Positions 1 through 9,907 of a DNA stretch of 46,473 nt are shown piece by piece. Origin of the DNA: a virus (Duplodnaviria > Caudoviricetes); IMG/VR virus record IMGVR_UViG_3300017909_002824, positions 1 to 46,473 of that record, one strand, 5' to 3'. The number at the start of each line of letters is the position of its first letter. Positions within the stretch are counted from its first letter, which is position 1. Under the pieces are notes generated by a model. It was given only the letters and a program-made list of their open reading frames with translations. It did not search any database and was not told the DNA's origin. Position numbers and translations under genes: made by a program.

Positions 1-519
1 GAAGCATACGCACACATGGACGCAAAAATGCGTAAGGCGTTCGTAGAAGTGTTTGAAAAGATCAATACTGCTTGTGATACTATTATTCAAACAAAAGCGA
101 CTACACGCAAGGCTCGTAAGCCTAAGGCACGGTCTAAAGAGACTATTGTAAAGAAAATGAAGTTTCAAGTAAATGACAGTGATTTAGGAATTGCAAGTAT
201 TCATCCTACTGAAGTTGTAAATGCCAATGAATTGTGGGTTTACAATACTAAAACCAGAAAGGTAGGAGTATATCATGCCAGAAATAAAGATCCAAGGGGT
301 ATGGGTCGGGACGGCTTAACTGTAAAAGGTACTACTATTCAAGATTTTGATGAAGATCAAAGCATACAAAAAACTCTTAGAAAACCAGCCGAGCAAATAC
401 AAAATTGGACAGGCAAAGCCAAAACAAAATTTGCCAAAGCATTTGAGGAAGTAAAAACCACACCAATAAAGTTAAATGGTCGTATGAACGACAATACTAT
501 TATCCTCAGAGCCTTTTAA
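1..519 (+). CDS. Conserved phage hypothetical protein, 5'-truncated
   Basis: Frame is open from position 1 (EAYAH-MDAK...), so the true start is probably upstream of the window. Lys-rich; no recognisable catalytic motif. Confidence 0.6.
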   Translation, partial: EAYAHMDAKMRKAFVEVFEKINTACDTIIQTKATTRKARKPKARSKETIVKKMKFQVNDSDLGIASIHPTEVVNANELWVYNTKTRKVGVYHARNKDPRGMGRDGLTVKGTTIQDFDEDQSIQKTLRKPAEQIQNWTGKAKTKFAKAFEEVKTTPIKLNGRMNDNTIILRAF

Positions 520-523
520 ATTA

Positions 524-1537
524 ATGATTACATATGATAAAGGCTTTACATCAAATGCCATAGATCAGCCTAACATTATTGGTGATCTCGATTCTAAAAT
601 TATACAAACCATTAAAAATCAATTGAGCGAAAATGATTGCTTTATTAATACCACGTGGATTCAATTAGACACAGATTTAAAACAAGCAATTAGGCTAAGT
701 TCAGAACAAGGCAAGAGGCTGGTATGCTACAGTGGTGCTGATTGGAATAACAAATTTAGCCATGAAGAAGAAAACAATGAAAGAATTTTAGAGTTTAAAC
801 GAACTTGGAAATTTATAGAAGATAGTGGGTGTGAAGTTGTTCATATTGGCAACAGCAGAGGTAAACACTATTTTAGTTTTTGGTTAGAATTTATAGCACA
901 ACACAAAAAAAATTTTAAAACTTATAATGTTTGGGATTTTGATACTCCCCTTAAAACTTATATGTGTTTAAATAGGAAGCCACATACACATCGCAAAGAA
1001 CTATACAAAAATCTCAAAAATAAAAATTTATTAGAATATGGTTATGTTAGTTTGGGAGGAGAAAATCCTGTCTTATTGGAAAATGATATTGTAAATGCTC
1101 AAGGTGATAATGCAGTAAACGGTGTTGTTGGCATTACAAATGACATTCACAGCCTTGGGCATAATGCAAATTGGAATAATCATTTTTTAAATATAGTGTC
1201 AGAAACTACTACTTATACAGATGTTTTTATAACAGAAAAAACATTTAAGCCTATAATAGGGGAAAGGCCCTTTGTAATCTTGGGCGATAATAACATTTAC
1301 AAACAATTAAAAGAATGGGGGTTTGATACCTTTGATGATTTATTTGGCACAGGATACGAAGACCCTGATTATAAAAAACGTATTAATTGGATATCCGAAA
1401 TAATAGCACTTTATAAGGGAGATAACCATTTACACTTGCTTTTAGAAGATCTCAAACCGAGACTGCAATATAACAGCAATCAACTTACAACAGCCATACA
1501 GATCAACCAAAAAGCATTACAAACTTGTTTAAAGTAG
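524..1537 (+). CDS. Putative glycosyltransferase-like/surface-modification enzyme (paralog of 17132..18286)
   Basis: Motifs CLNRKPHTHR, IVSET, FITEKTFKPI..RPF and GFDTFDD occur in the same order in ORF 17132. The function is inferred. Confidence 0.45.
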   Translation: MITYDKGFTSNAIDQPNIIGDLDSKIIQTIKNQLSENDCFINTTWIQLDTDLKQAIRLSSEQGKRLVCYSGADWNNKFSHEEENNERILEFKRTWKFIEDSGCEVVHIGNSRGKHYFSFWLEFIAQHKKNFKTYNVWDFDTPLKTYMCLNRKPHTHRKELYKNLKNKNLLEYGYVSLGGENPVLLENDIVNAQGDNAVNGVVGITNDIHSLGHNANWNNHFLNIVSETTTYTDVFITEKTFKPIIGERPFVILGDNNIYKQLKEWGFDTFDDLFGTGYEDPDYKKRINWISEIIALYKGDNHLHLLLEDLKPRLQYNSNQLTTAIQINQKALQTCLK

Positions 1538-1544
1538 ATAAATA
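1537..1544 (+). promoter_or_regulatory. Late promoter GATAAATA (T4 TATAAATA-like)
   Basis: Motif lies 5 nt before the neck-gene ATG and recurs before most structural genes. Confidence 0.7.
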
Positions 1545-1549
1545 GTAGT

Positions 1550-2311
1550 ATGCCACAAGATCAAATAGGATATAATAGCAGAGAAGACCTCATCCGAGAA
1601 ATGCAGTTACGTCTTGCTGACGGTATAGTTGATGTAGAATTAGACAGAGAACACTATGACGTTGCTATAGATAAAGCATTAGCAATCTACAGACAATTAA
1701 GTAGTGGTAGTGTTGAAGAAAGTCTTTTGTTTCTTAATACTAAAGACGGTGTAACAGAATACACATTACCTGATGAAGTGCAAGAAGTAAGAAGAATTTA
1801 CCGTAGAGGTATAGGTACTAACAGTGGTGGCGGTACTAACTTTGATCCTTTTGATGTTGCATTCAATAATATGTATATGCTACAAGCAGGACAAATAGGT
1901 GGACTTGCTGTATTCGATGCATTTGCACAATACAAAGAAGTTATTGGAAGAATATTTGGTAGCGAATATAACTTTTTATGGAACAGAAATACAAAACAAT
2001 TAAAAATTCTTAGAAACATTAGGCATGAAGAAGAAATTGCTGTGGGCATTTACAACTTTATACCTGAAAGCATTTTATTAAAAGACGTGTACGCAGGAAA
2101 CTGGTTAGGTACTTATGCTCTTGCACAATCTAAGCAAATGTTAGGAGAAGCAAGAAGTAAGTATGCAAGTGGGTTACCTGGAGCCGGCGGAGCAATTCAA
2201 TTAAACGGTGATGCACTTAAAAATGAAGCAGTGACTATGATGACTGATCTCAGAGAGCAATTATTCCAGAAAGAAGAAGGCAATTCGCCATTAGGATTTA
2301 TTATAGGATAA
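1550..2311 (+). CDS. Neck/head-tail adaptor protein (T4 gp13-like)
   Basis: N-terminal LRLADGIVDVEL and C-terminal LGEARSKY..LPG.GG.IQLNGD resemble T4-like neck proteins; lies upstream of the sheath gene. Confidence 0.75.
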   Translation: MPQDQIGYNSREDLIREMQLRLADGIVDVELDREHYDVAIDKALAIYRQLSSGSVEESLLFLNTKDGVTEYTLPDEVQEVRRIYRRGIGTNSGGGTNFDPFDVAFNNMYMLQAGQIGGLAVFDAFAQYKEVIGRIFGSEYNFLWNRNTKQLKILRNIRHEEEIAVGIYNFIPESILLKDVYAGNWLGTYALAQSKQMLGEARSKYASGLPGAGGAIQLNGDALKNEAVTMMTDLREQLFQKEEGNSPLGFIIG

Positions 2312-2312
2312 T

Positions 2313-2975
2313 ATGGTAATAGGACTTGTAGGTTTTATTGGTTCTGGCAAAGACACCGTAGCAAAAGAGTTTGTCAAAAGAGGGTGTGTGCAAGATTCCT
2401 TTGCAGGCCCTTTAAAAGATCTTTGTGCTTCTATCTTTGGTTGGGAAAGATCGTTACTTGAAGGCGACACATTAGAAAGCAGGGACTTTAGAGAAACTCC
2501 AGATATGTTTTGGACAAAGAAATTAGGTGTTCCTAATTTTACTCCAAGGCTTGCATTACAATTAATAGGCACAGATGTTTTGAGAAAAAACTTTAGTCAA
2601 GATATTTGGCTTAATAGTTTAGAATACAGAATAAGAAAGCAAAGCAACAATGCACCTTGCACAGTAATAAGTGACGCAAGGTTTAGAAATGAGTTAGATC
2701 TTATTAAAGAAATGGGTGGAGTAGTTATTTGGGTACAAAGAGGCGACTTGCCTGAATGGTTTGAGACTGCCAGCCATGCTCATGAAAATGCAGTTAGTAG
2801 AAAAATAATGGAAACTAAGTACAGAGATGTACACGAAAGTGAATGGAATTGGGCAGGCTACCCTGTAGACTACATTATAAACAATAATGGCACTTTAGAA
2901 GATTTGTCTGAGCATGTTGAAAAAATCAGAGATTGGCAAACAGGCGAATTTAAAGATTATCTTAAAATAGTATAA
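2313..2975 (+). CDS. Deoxynucleoside monophosphate kinase (T4 gp1-like)
   Basis: P-loop GFIGSGKDT, SFAGPLKD, TPRLALQLIGTD, ISDARF.NE, HESE. Confidence 0.9.
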   Translation: MVIGLVGFIGSGKDTVAKEFVKRGCVQDSFAGPLKDLCASIFGWERSLLEGDTLESRDFRETPDMFWTKKLGVPNFTPRLALQLIGTDVLRKNFSQDIWLNSLEYRIRKQSNNAPCTVISDARFRNELDLIKEMGGVVIWVQRGDLPEWFETASHAHENAVSRKIMETKYRDVHESEWNWAGYPVDYIINNNGTLEDLSEHVEKIRDWQTGEFKDYLKIV

Positions 2976-3012
2976 TACCACCTAATACCACCAAATATTC
3001 CTTAAACTCCTA
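2973..3012 (+). repeat. 10-bp tandem repeat (TAATACCACC x2 plus degenerate copies)
   Basis: taataccacc|taataccacc|aaatattcct|taaactccta directly after the dNMP kinase stop codon. Confidence 0.55.
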
Positions 3013-3027
3013 AAATACGCAAAAAAA

Positions 3028-3035
3028 GATAAATA
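3028..3035 (+). promoter_or_regulatory. Late promoter GATAAATA for the tail sheath gene
   Basis: Motif about 45 nt upstream of ATG 3081, followed by a GGAG RBS. Confidence 0.7.
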
Positions 3036-3080
3036 CTTGCATACTTTAAAAGTATTCATTCAATATATTGGGAGAATAAT

Positions 3081-5870
3081 ATGGCAACATTAGTAAGTCC
3101 TGGAGTTAGTGTAAGTGTAAGCGACGAATCGTTTTACGCCGCCGCAGGTGCCGGTACTGTGCCTTTGATCGTTATTGCAACGGCACAAGACAAAAAAGCA
3201 CCAGATGGTAGCACAACAGCCGCATACACAACAGCCGCTAAAGCAGGAAAATTATATCAAATTACAAGCCAAAGAGAATTGCTCCAAAGTTATGGTAATC
3301 CAGTGTTTAAAAAGAGTGGTACAACTCCTTTACACGGTGACGAAAGAAACGAACTTGGTTTAATGGCCGCGTACAGTTTCTTAGGAATAGCCAATAGAGC
3401 ATACGTTCTCAGAGCAAACATCGATTTAGATGAATTAACAGCCTCTTCAACTGCACCAGGTGGACCTCTTTCAGATGGCACATACTGGTTAGATACAGAT
3501 GACTCAGCATATGGAGTTTATAAGTATGTAAGCAGTGAATGGGTAAAACAAACAGTAAAAGTTGCATCAAAGTCAGACGTAGATAGCAGTAGTGTTCCTA
3601 AATCTGCATTTGGTGTAGACGAAGAAATTTGTGTAGTCCACTTTACTTCAGCAGGTGCTTCAGCAGGTACAATAAAGTTTTATCAAAAACTATCAGGTAC
3701 TTGGCATCACATTGGTTCAAGTGGATGGAGTTCTGCAGTTTCAGGTTCAGCAGGTGACTTCCAATTTGCAAGTCATTTATCAATTCCAGCCTTAAAAGGT
3801 GGAGGCGGTGCCTTAACAGCAGGTGATATTCATATTAGAACAACAGCACCAAACAATGGTTCTAACATTGTTCTTAAGAAGTACAGCACAAGTTCTGCAC
3901 AGTTTATTTCACAATCAGTAGCATTAAACGATCTTTCAAGTAGTGTTTATACAAACACATATACTTCACCTTCAGCAGGTGACATTTGGGGTAATACCGA
4001 TGGCGAAAATGATCTTGCTACAATTAACTTAACAAAACATAACGGTGGTTCAAGCCTAACTGTAGCGGCAAGTGCCGCACTCACTGATACTGCTATTACA
4101 TTATCAGGTCATTCAGGTAAAATTTCAATTAATTTAAACGTTAATGATGGAACAACTATACCAGTAACTTTTAGTACTGATGGTGACGGCGATGGTAATG
4201 CGAGTGTTGATGACATGGTAACAGACATCAACAATGCAATCAGTGGCGCAAACGCAAGTTTAACATTCAGTAACACACTTATTGCAAGTAATGTTAGTGG
4301 TAAAATTAATCTTGTAGTAAGCAACGGTAAAGACTTAAAAGTATCTGCAGGTAACGTTGCCGGATTTACTCCAGCAAACTTAAACATTACTGCTGGTACA
4401 TACAGTAACTTTGAAGACCTTGTTTATGAAGTAGGCGCATCAGCACCAACAGGATCAATTGGCAATGGCCAACTATGGTACGATGATAACATTGCAAACA
4501 CTAACATTGATATTTTATATCAAAACAGTGGTTCATGGGCAACATGGACAGGTGATGTACAATTTAGTGCTTCTGAGCCAACTAAGCAATCAGATGGTTC
4601 AAGTTCACTTTCAACAGGTGATATTTGGATTGACAGCAGTGACTTAGAAAACTTCCCTATAATTTACAAATATAGTGCCGCAGGCAAATTTGTGTTGATA
4701 GATAACAAAGATCAAACTACTGCAGACGGTATTTTATTCGGAGACTTTAGAGCAAGTGCAAGTGATTCATTGATTAGTACTGCAAACGGATTGCCAAATC
4801 CTGCATTATACCCAAGTGGTATGTTAGCATGGAACAAAATGGCGTCTGTTGGTAATGTTAAACAATATGACAGTTCATCATCTTTATGGAAAGACTACAG
4901 CGGAAACAAAGTAGACGGTTCTCCATATATGATGAGAAAAGCACAACGTAGAGCAGTTGTAATTAAATTACAATCAGTTGTGGCATCTCAGCAAGATATC
5001 AGAAACGAAACTAACCGATTTAATCTTATTGCATGTCCTGGATATCCAGAACTAATTGATGAAATGGTTAGCCTTGGAGTTGAAAGAAAAGAGACTGCTT
5101 TTGTTATTGGTGACGCACCTTTAAGATTGGCCTCAGATGCAACAAGCACAGGTAATTGGGCAAAGAATAGTAATAACGCAGATGTTAACGGTGAAGATGG
5201 ATTAATTTCAAGTTCGCCATATGCAGGTGTTTACTATCCTCATGCATTAACAACTGACCTCGATGGTTCAAATGTATTAGTACCAGGTTCACACATGGCA
5301 CTAAGAACTTTTGCATTTAATGATCAGGTGGCATTCCCTTGGTTTGCACCAGCAGGTTTCCAAAGAGGACTTGTTAACAATGCTTCAAACGTTGGTCACC
5401 TTGATGCAACAACAGGTGAATTTACACCTGTAGCATTGAGCGAAGGACAACGTGATGCTCTTTACATTGATAAAATCAATCCAATTGGCAACTTCCCAGG
5501 AAGAGGAATTGCTGTATTTGGACAGAAAACATTAAACCCAAGTTCAAGTGCATTGGACAGAGTTAATGTTGCAAGACTTGTTGTTTACATCAGAGAAAGA
5601 CTTGACGATATCGTTAAGCCGTTCTTATTTGAACCAAACGACGAAGTTACAAGAGCAAATGCTAAATCAGTTGTAGATAGATTCTTAGGACAATTAGTGT
5701 CTCAAAGAGGATTGTTTGACTTTATTACAGTATGTGATACTACAAACAATACTCCTGCAAGAATAGATAGAAACGAATTGCACATTGACATTGCTGTACA
5801 GCCAGTCAAAGCAGTAGAGTTCATATACATTCCTGTAAGAATTCAAAATACATTAGGCTCAACAGCATAA
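3081..5870 (+). CDS. Contractile tail sheath protein (T4 gp18-like)
   Basis: LVSPGVSV N-terminus; C-terminal PWFAPAG..RG, INPI, FGQKTL, RVNVARL, FEPND, CD.TNNTP..IDRNEL, EFIYIP. Confidence 0.95.
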   Translation: MATLVSPGVSVSVSDESFYAAAGAGTVPLIVIATAQDKKAPDGSTTAAYTTAAKAGKLYQITSQRELLQSYGNPVFKKSGTTPLHGDERNELGLMAAYSFLGIANRAYVLRANIDLDELTASSTAPGGPLSDGTYWLDTDDSAYGVYKYVSSEWVKQTVKVASKSDVDSSSVPKSAFGVDEEICVVHFTSAGASAGTIKFYQKLSGTWHHIGSSGWSSAVSGSAGDFQFASHLSIPALKGGGGALTAGDIHIRTTAPNNGSNIVLKKYSTSSAQFISQSVALNDLSSSVYTNTYTSPSAGDIWGNTDGENDLATINLTKHNGGSSLTVAASAALTDTAITLSGHSGKISINLNVNDGTTIPVTFSTDGDGDGNASVDDMVTDINNAISGANASLTFSNTLIASNVSGKINLVVSNGKDLKVSAGNVAGFTPANLNITAGTYSNFEDLVYEVGASAPTGSIGNGQLWYDDNIANTNIDILYQNSGSWATWTGDVQFSASEPTKQSDGSSSLSTGDIWIDSSDLENFPIIYKYSAAGKFVLIDNKDQTTADGILFGDFRASASDSLISTANGLPNPALYPSGMLAWNKMASVGNVKQYDSSSSLWKDYSGNKVDGSPYMMRKAQRRAVVIKLQSVVASQQDIRNETNRFNLIACPGYPELIDEMVSLGVERKETAFVIGDAPLRLASDATSTGNWAKNSNNADVNGEDGLISSSPYAGVYYPHALTTDLDGSNVLVPGSHMALRTFAFNDQVAFPWFAPAGFQRGLVNNASNVGHLDATTGEFTPVALSEGQRDALYIDKINPIGNFPGRGIAVFGQKTLNPSSSALDRVNVARLVVYIRERLDDIVKPFLFEPNDEVTRANAKSVVDRFLGQLVSQRGLFDFITVCDTTNNTPARIDRNELHIDIAVQPVKAVEFIYIPVRIQNTLGSTA

Positions 5871-5890
5871 TAATAGTTATAACTATACAG

Positions 5891-5916
5891 AAAGGGCGGT
5901 TAATCCGCCCTTTTTT
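5891..5916 (+). terminator. Rho-independent terminator
   Basis: AAAGGGCGG-ttaat-CCGCCC-TTTTTT after the sheath gene. Confidence 0.85.
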
Positions 5917-5959
5917 GTGTCATAATTAAAACACGAGTTAATGATTTTGGTACAAATAT

Positions 5960-5967
5960 GATAAATA
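5960..5967 (+). promoter_or_regulatory. Late promoter GATAAATA for the tail tube gene
   Basis: Motif upstream of an AGGAG RBS and ATG 6004. Confidence 0.65.
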
Positions 5968-6003
5968 TTCGTATAATATTAAATAAGTTCTTAGGAGAAC
6001 ATA

Positions 6004-6645
6004 ATGGCAACATCAACAGCGACAACTGAAACAAAAAGTAAATTTGGGGTACCAATTACTGGAGCAACTGGTTCTGGTATTTTGATGCCTAAATTAAAAT
6101 ATCGTTTCCGTGTTTCTTTTTTGAATAACTTTGGTGGACAGGCTGAAACAAAAGTCTTAACACAAAATATTCAGAATGTTTCAAGACCTAAGATTACTTA
6201 CGAAGAAGTAGTTATTGACAGTTACAATTCGAAAGTATATGCTCAGGGTAAACATGCATGGGAACAAATTAACGTTGTTATAAGGGATGACATTACTAAC
6301 CAAGTTGCTAAGTCCGTAGGTGCACAGGTTCAAAGACAATTGAACCATTTCCAACAAAGCACTCCAGCCGCAGGTGCAGACTATAAGTTTGACATGCAGA
6401 TTGAAGTACTTGATGGTGTAAATGCAGGCTCTACTGAAGTTTGGTTCCTCGAAGGATGTTTCTTAACTAACGTAGATTACAGTGAAGCAGATTATAGTAC
6501 ATCTGAAAATGTTACTATCAACTTAACTGTACGTTATGATAACGCAACACACTTTGAAGGTGATAACGATATTAATGGTAGAACAGCCGCTGGTAACCCA
6601 TTCCCTGAAAACCCAGTTACAGGTGACGACGGAATACAGGCTTAA
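6004..6645 (+). CDS. Tail tube protein (T4 gp19-like)
   Basis: Follows the sheath gene; PKLKYRFRV, GKHAWEQINVVIRDD, W.LEGCF, LTVRYD pattern. Confidence 0.85.
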   Translation: MATSTATTETKSKFGVPITGATGSGILMPKLKYRFRVSFLNNFGGQAETKVLTQNIQNVSRPKITYEEVVIDSYNSKVYAQGKHAWEQINVVIRDDITNQVAKSVGAQVQRQLNHFQQSTPAAGADYKFDMQIEVLDGVNAGSTEVWFLEGCFLTNVDYSEADYSTSENVTINLTVRYDNATHFEGDNDINGRTAAGNPFPENPVTGDDGIQA

Positions 6646-6668
6646 TATAGCAACGGAGGTCTCTTAAC

Positions 6669-7844
6669 GTGAAATTTACGAGATTTGTTGGTCCTCACTC
6701 CAACGATAAGTTTTACGCAAGAGACTTTCGTAATGGTTACAGGTTTAGACCTGATGTCAACCCACCAAGACAACAGTTTCAAGGGTATGTAAATTTTATC
6801 TTTAATAGATCTGTTTTACAGTTTCTTGCAAACAGCAATCTCACATTTAAAACAAGTTTGAGTAGCCTTATTCGTAGGGCAACTCTACCTGGCGTAGATT
6901 TCAGAACAGAAGTAAAAAATCAATTTAACAAAAGAAGAATTGTAACAACAGGTTTAGATTATACACCTGTAGAGTTTACTTTGTTAGACACTTTAAATAA
7001 TGATTGGCTAACTGTATTGATGAAGTATTATGCTTATAACTTCATGAATCCAAGAAATAAAAATAGATTTGCTGACAGAGATATTACAACAAACAAAGCA
7101 ATGATTGATGAAATGTCTGGTTCAATGTTCAAAGGTGATACTTTTAACAGTAATGAAGCAGGATTTAATTTACAATTTGAACAGAACTTTTTTGAAAGAA
7201 TAGATTTTATTTTATATCATGGTGGTAAAGGTGTGCAGTATTCAGTGACAAATCCTACAATTACTGCTTTTAGAACAAAAGAAATAGATTATGCAAGTAG
7301 TGAATTTATGGAGTTTACTATTACTGCTGACTATGAAAACTTTACAACATATGATATTGCAAACTTTGATTTAACTAAAGTTGATCTCGATAGATTTGAA
7401 GACTTACCAGATGGATTTGAATTTTATGGTGATGATTTACTTATCAAACCATTGGGTACAGAAGTTGAAACAGACTTTGAGTTCCTTGGAAACAGAGTAT
7501 CAGAATCTGCTGGTGGTATTGGGTCACGTGGTAGAACAAGTCAACCTGCAAACTTCAAACAAAGAGATACAGACGACATAACCACAGGAATAGGCGTCAT
7601 AGATGATTTGTTTGGTGGCGCCTTAGACATTGTTGCTGTGAAACCTACTTATGATGAATACAAAGATGCATTTAAAAACAGGGCACTTGGTGTTTTAGGT
7701 GGTGCTCTTGCAAATGCAGTAGTGCAAGGTGTAACATCAAGTACTGCCAACGTACAATTATCACCTACAGCAACGACCGAAAATACAGGAGAGTCCAGAG
7801 GTGCAGGTGCAACATCAGTAAATAATCCTACAGGTTCCGCGTAA
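6669..7844 (+). CDS. Tail-tube-like baseplate/tube initiator protein (gp54/gp48-like) with low-complexity C-terminal extension
   Basis: GTG start with a GGAGG RBS. TLPGVDFRTEVKNQFNKRRIVTTGLDYTPVEFTLLD parallels the tube's SRPKITYEEVVIDSYNSKVYAQGKHAWEQINVVIRDD. Confidence 0.6.
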   Translation: MKFTRFVGPHSNDKFYARDFRNGYRFRPDVNPPRQQFQGYVNFIFNRSVLQFLANSNLTFKTSLSSLIRRATLPGVDFRTEVKNQFNKRRIVTTGLDYTPVEFTLLDTLNNDWLTVLMKYYAYNFMNPRNKNRFADRDITTNKAMIDEMSGSMFKGDTFNSNEAGFNLQFEQNFFERIDFILYHGGKGVQYSVTNPTITAFRTKEIDYASSEFMEFTITADYENFTTYDIANFDLTKVDLDRFEDLPDGFEFYGDDLLIKPLGTEVETDFEFLGNRVSESAGGIGSRGRTSQPANFKQRDTDDITTGIGVIDDLFGGALDIVAVKPTYDEYKDAFKNRALGVLGGALANAVVQGVTSSTANVQLSPTATTENTGESRGAGATSVNNPTGSA

Positions 7845-8278
7845 TGTCTACTTCTATATACACAACATTTGGTAATGAAGTTAAGTATGAACTTAAAAAT
7901 GACACACTGGTTGCATACTTAGAAAACTCTACAATAAAATTTCCTTTACCTGAAGCAACGTCTGAAATACTTGCGGAACTGGCCGCACCTAAGGATACTG
8001 CAATAGATCCTTCAACATTAAGTGCTATAAGCACTAAATTAGTTGCTATAGGTTTTTCAGAACTAAATGCTACAGCAATGGCAAAAGTTTTAATACAAGT
8101 TTCAAAAGTTCAAAATGTACATCCTACTACATATTTTGATATGAACAAAGACACATTAAAACTCACCATAGATGCCTTTAATGCCATAAATGCAGTTAGA
8201 CCTGCAGGCAATAAAATAGATCTTAAAACTCCTTTGAAAAATTCAAGAAGTAAGGCATCATATTTGATCCAACCTTAA
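7844..8278 (+). CDS. Hypothetical protein (probably virion-associated)
   Basis: Coupled to the previous ORF through TAATG; lies in the structural block. Confidence 0.6.
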   Translation: MSTSIYTTFGNEVKYELKNDTLVAYLENSTIKFPLPEATSEILAELAAPKDTAIDPSTLSAISTKLVAIGFSELNATAMAKVLIQVSKVQNVHPTTYFDMNKDTLKLTIDAFNAINAVRPAGNKIDLKTPLKNSRSKASYLIQP

Positions 8279-8290
8279 TAAATAATTAAT

Positions 8291-8761
8291 ATGAAAAAGT
8301 TTGCACAAGGTTCATACGAAATTCAGAATGGCGGAAAGTATGTGGGTACTAAGGCTCCATTCTATCGTAGCAGTTGGGAGTTAGCATTTATGAGAATGTG
8401 TGACCAACATCCTAACATCAAAAAATGGGCAAGTGAAAATGTTAAGATACCCTACCAAAGACCGGACACTGGCAAGTATGCAAACTATGTTCCTGATTTT
8501 ATGATTCAATACATAGACAAAGATGGTTTAGAACATGTTGAACTTATAGAAATCAAACCAAGAAATCAAACCACAATGGAAAGTGCTAAAACGCAAGGAC
8601 AAGCATACCAAACAGCCATAAACGCCGCAAAATGGACAGCGGCACAAGAATGGTGTACAAGAAAAGGAATACGTTTCAAAGTTATAAATGAAGACCAAAT
8701 ATTTAAAAATAACAAACCACGCAAATCTAAAAAACGTATTTCTAAGCCAAGAATCAAATAA
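8291..8761 (+). CDS. Head completion nuclease (T4 gp4-like, TnsA-type PD-(D/E)xK)
   Basis: YRSSWE..FM..CD, WASE, YVPDF, LIEIKP, KW.AA..WC, F.VINED. Confidence 0.88.
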   Translation: MKKFAQGSYEIQNGGKYVGTKAPFYRSSWELAFMRMCDQHPNIKKWASENVKIPYQRPDTGKYANYVPDFMIQYIDKDGLEHVELIEIKPRNQTTMESAKTQGQAYQTAINAAKWTAAQEWCTRKGIRFKVINEDQIFKNNKPRKSKKRISKPRIK

Positions 8762-8769
8762 ATACCAAT

Positions 8770-9255
8770 ATGACTAAGAAATTAGAAGAAGAATTTAACT
8801 TACCGCCTATTGAAGAAGCAACAGCCGAATCAGTGCCATCTATTCAAGAGTCTAAAACACAGATAGAGGAGTACAAAGAGGCATTGAGTTTAAGTGAAAA
8901 GATCAATAATGCTTTTAAAGAAGTACAAGGGTTAGACGAACACGAATCTGAAATGACTGAAATTGGCAAAGAAGCCTTAGACAGTTATAGACAGTTAATG
9001 GACCTTGGTATGAATGTTAGTGATATGGCGGCAGGTAAAGTATTTGCAGAAGCAAGTAATATGTTAAAAATTGCTCTTGAGGCCAGCGATGCTAAAACAA
9101 AAGCAAAATTACAACAAATAGATTTAATGATTAGAAAACAACGTGCTGATAAAATGGGCGGTGGTTCAAACGATGATGTGCAACTTGGACAAGCAACTGT
9201 GTTTGATAGAAACGAATTGTTAAAAATTGTAACAGAAACTAAACCGTCCAAGTAA
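8770..9255 (+). CDS. Probable terminase small subunit
   Basis: Helical 161-aa protein upstream of terL with its own late promoter (8757-8764). Assignment rests on size and position. Confidence 0.45.
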   Translation: MTKKLEEEFNLPPIEEATAESVPSIQESKTQIEEYKEALSLSEKINNAFKEVQGLDEHESEMTEIGKEALDSYRQLMDLGMNVSDMAAGKVFAEASNMLKIALEASDAKTKAKLQQIDLMIRKQRADKMGGGSNDDVQLGQATVFDRNELLKIVTETKPSK

Positions 9256-9874
9256 CCAATTTAAATTGTTCCTCAGGCAAGTCTAATTGTTCAGTAGTCC
9301 ATTTGCTTTGCCCTACAAAATCTAAATGTGACCATTCGTCTTTTTTACTAAGTTTGAAGTTTGCAAATTCTTGCCAGTCTGTCGACATCAATAAGTTTTC
9401 TATTTTGATTTGTTTCTCTAAAACAGTATCTAAATTAAAGTCGTCCCATTCATAATGAAATAACTCCATAGTATTATATCTACTGTCATCTACATAATCA
9501 ACACTGATATCTATGCCCCATTTAGGTTTGAGTTGAATCATTTTGTGTATAAGATGATTGCCTTCTGCCCAGTGCCCTAACTGTTCTAATGCGTATCCAT
9601 GGTATCCTTTACGTTCAAACAAATATGAATGATTAATATGAGGCCCTGTGGTATTAGGCAAATTTTTAAACCAAGGTTTAGCAATTGACCTTCTATAACG
9701 AACAAAGTCTGCTTCTCCCATATTCTTTTTAGCATATTCCTGTTCAAGTGGGCACAAATCATATCCACTTTGATCAAACAGTGACAATGCTTCATAAGTA
9801 GGGCAATGCATTTGTTCTATGGCTGTGCCCCAGGTTGGTTTAGTGTTGAAGTGATTTTCAGATCGATGAAACAT
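9239..9874 (-). CDS. Hypothetical protein (reverse strand, late promoter)
   Basis: 211-aa ORF filling the gap between + strand genes; AATAAATA lies on the - strand (9881-9888) 6 nt before the ATG. Confidence 0.7.
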   Translation of the reverse strand: MFHRSENHFNTKPTWGTAIEQMHCPTYEALSLFDQSGYDLCPLEQEYAKKNMGEADFVRYRRSIAKPWFKNLPNTTGPHINHSYLFERKGYHGYALEQLGHWAEGNHLIHKMIQLKPKWGIDISVDYVDDSRYNTMELFHYEWDDFNLDTVLEKQIKIENLLMSTDWQEFANFKLSKKDEWSHLDFVGQSKWTTEQLDLPEEQFKLVTWTV

Positions 9875-9907
9875 GTAAACTATTTATTCCTTTAAAGTTG
9901 AATAGAT

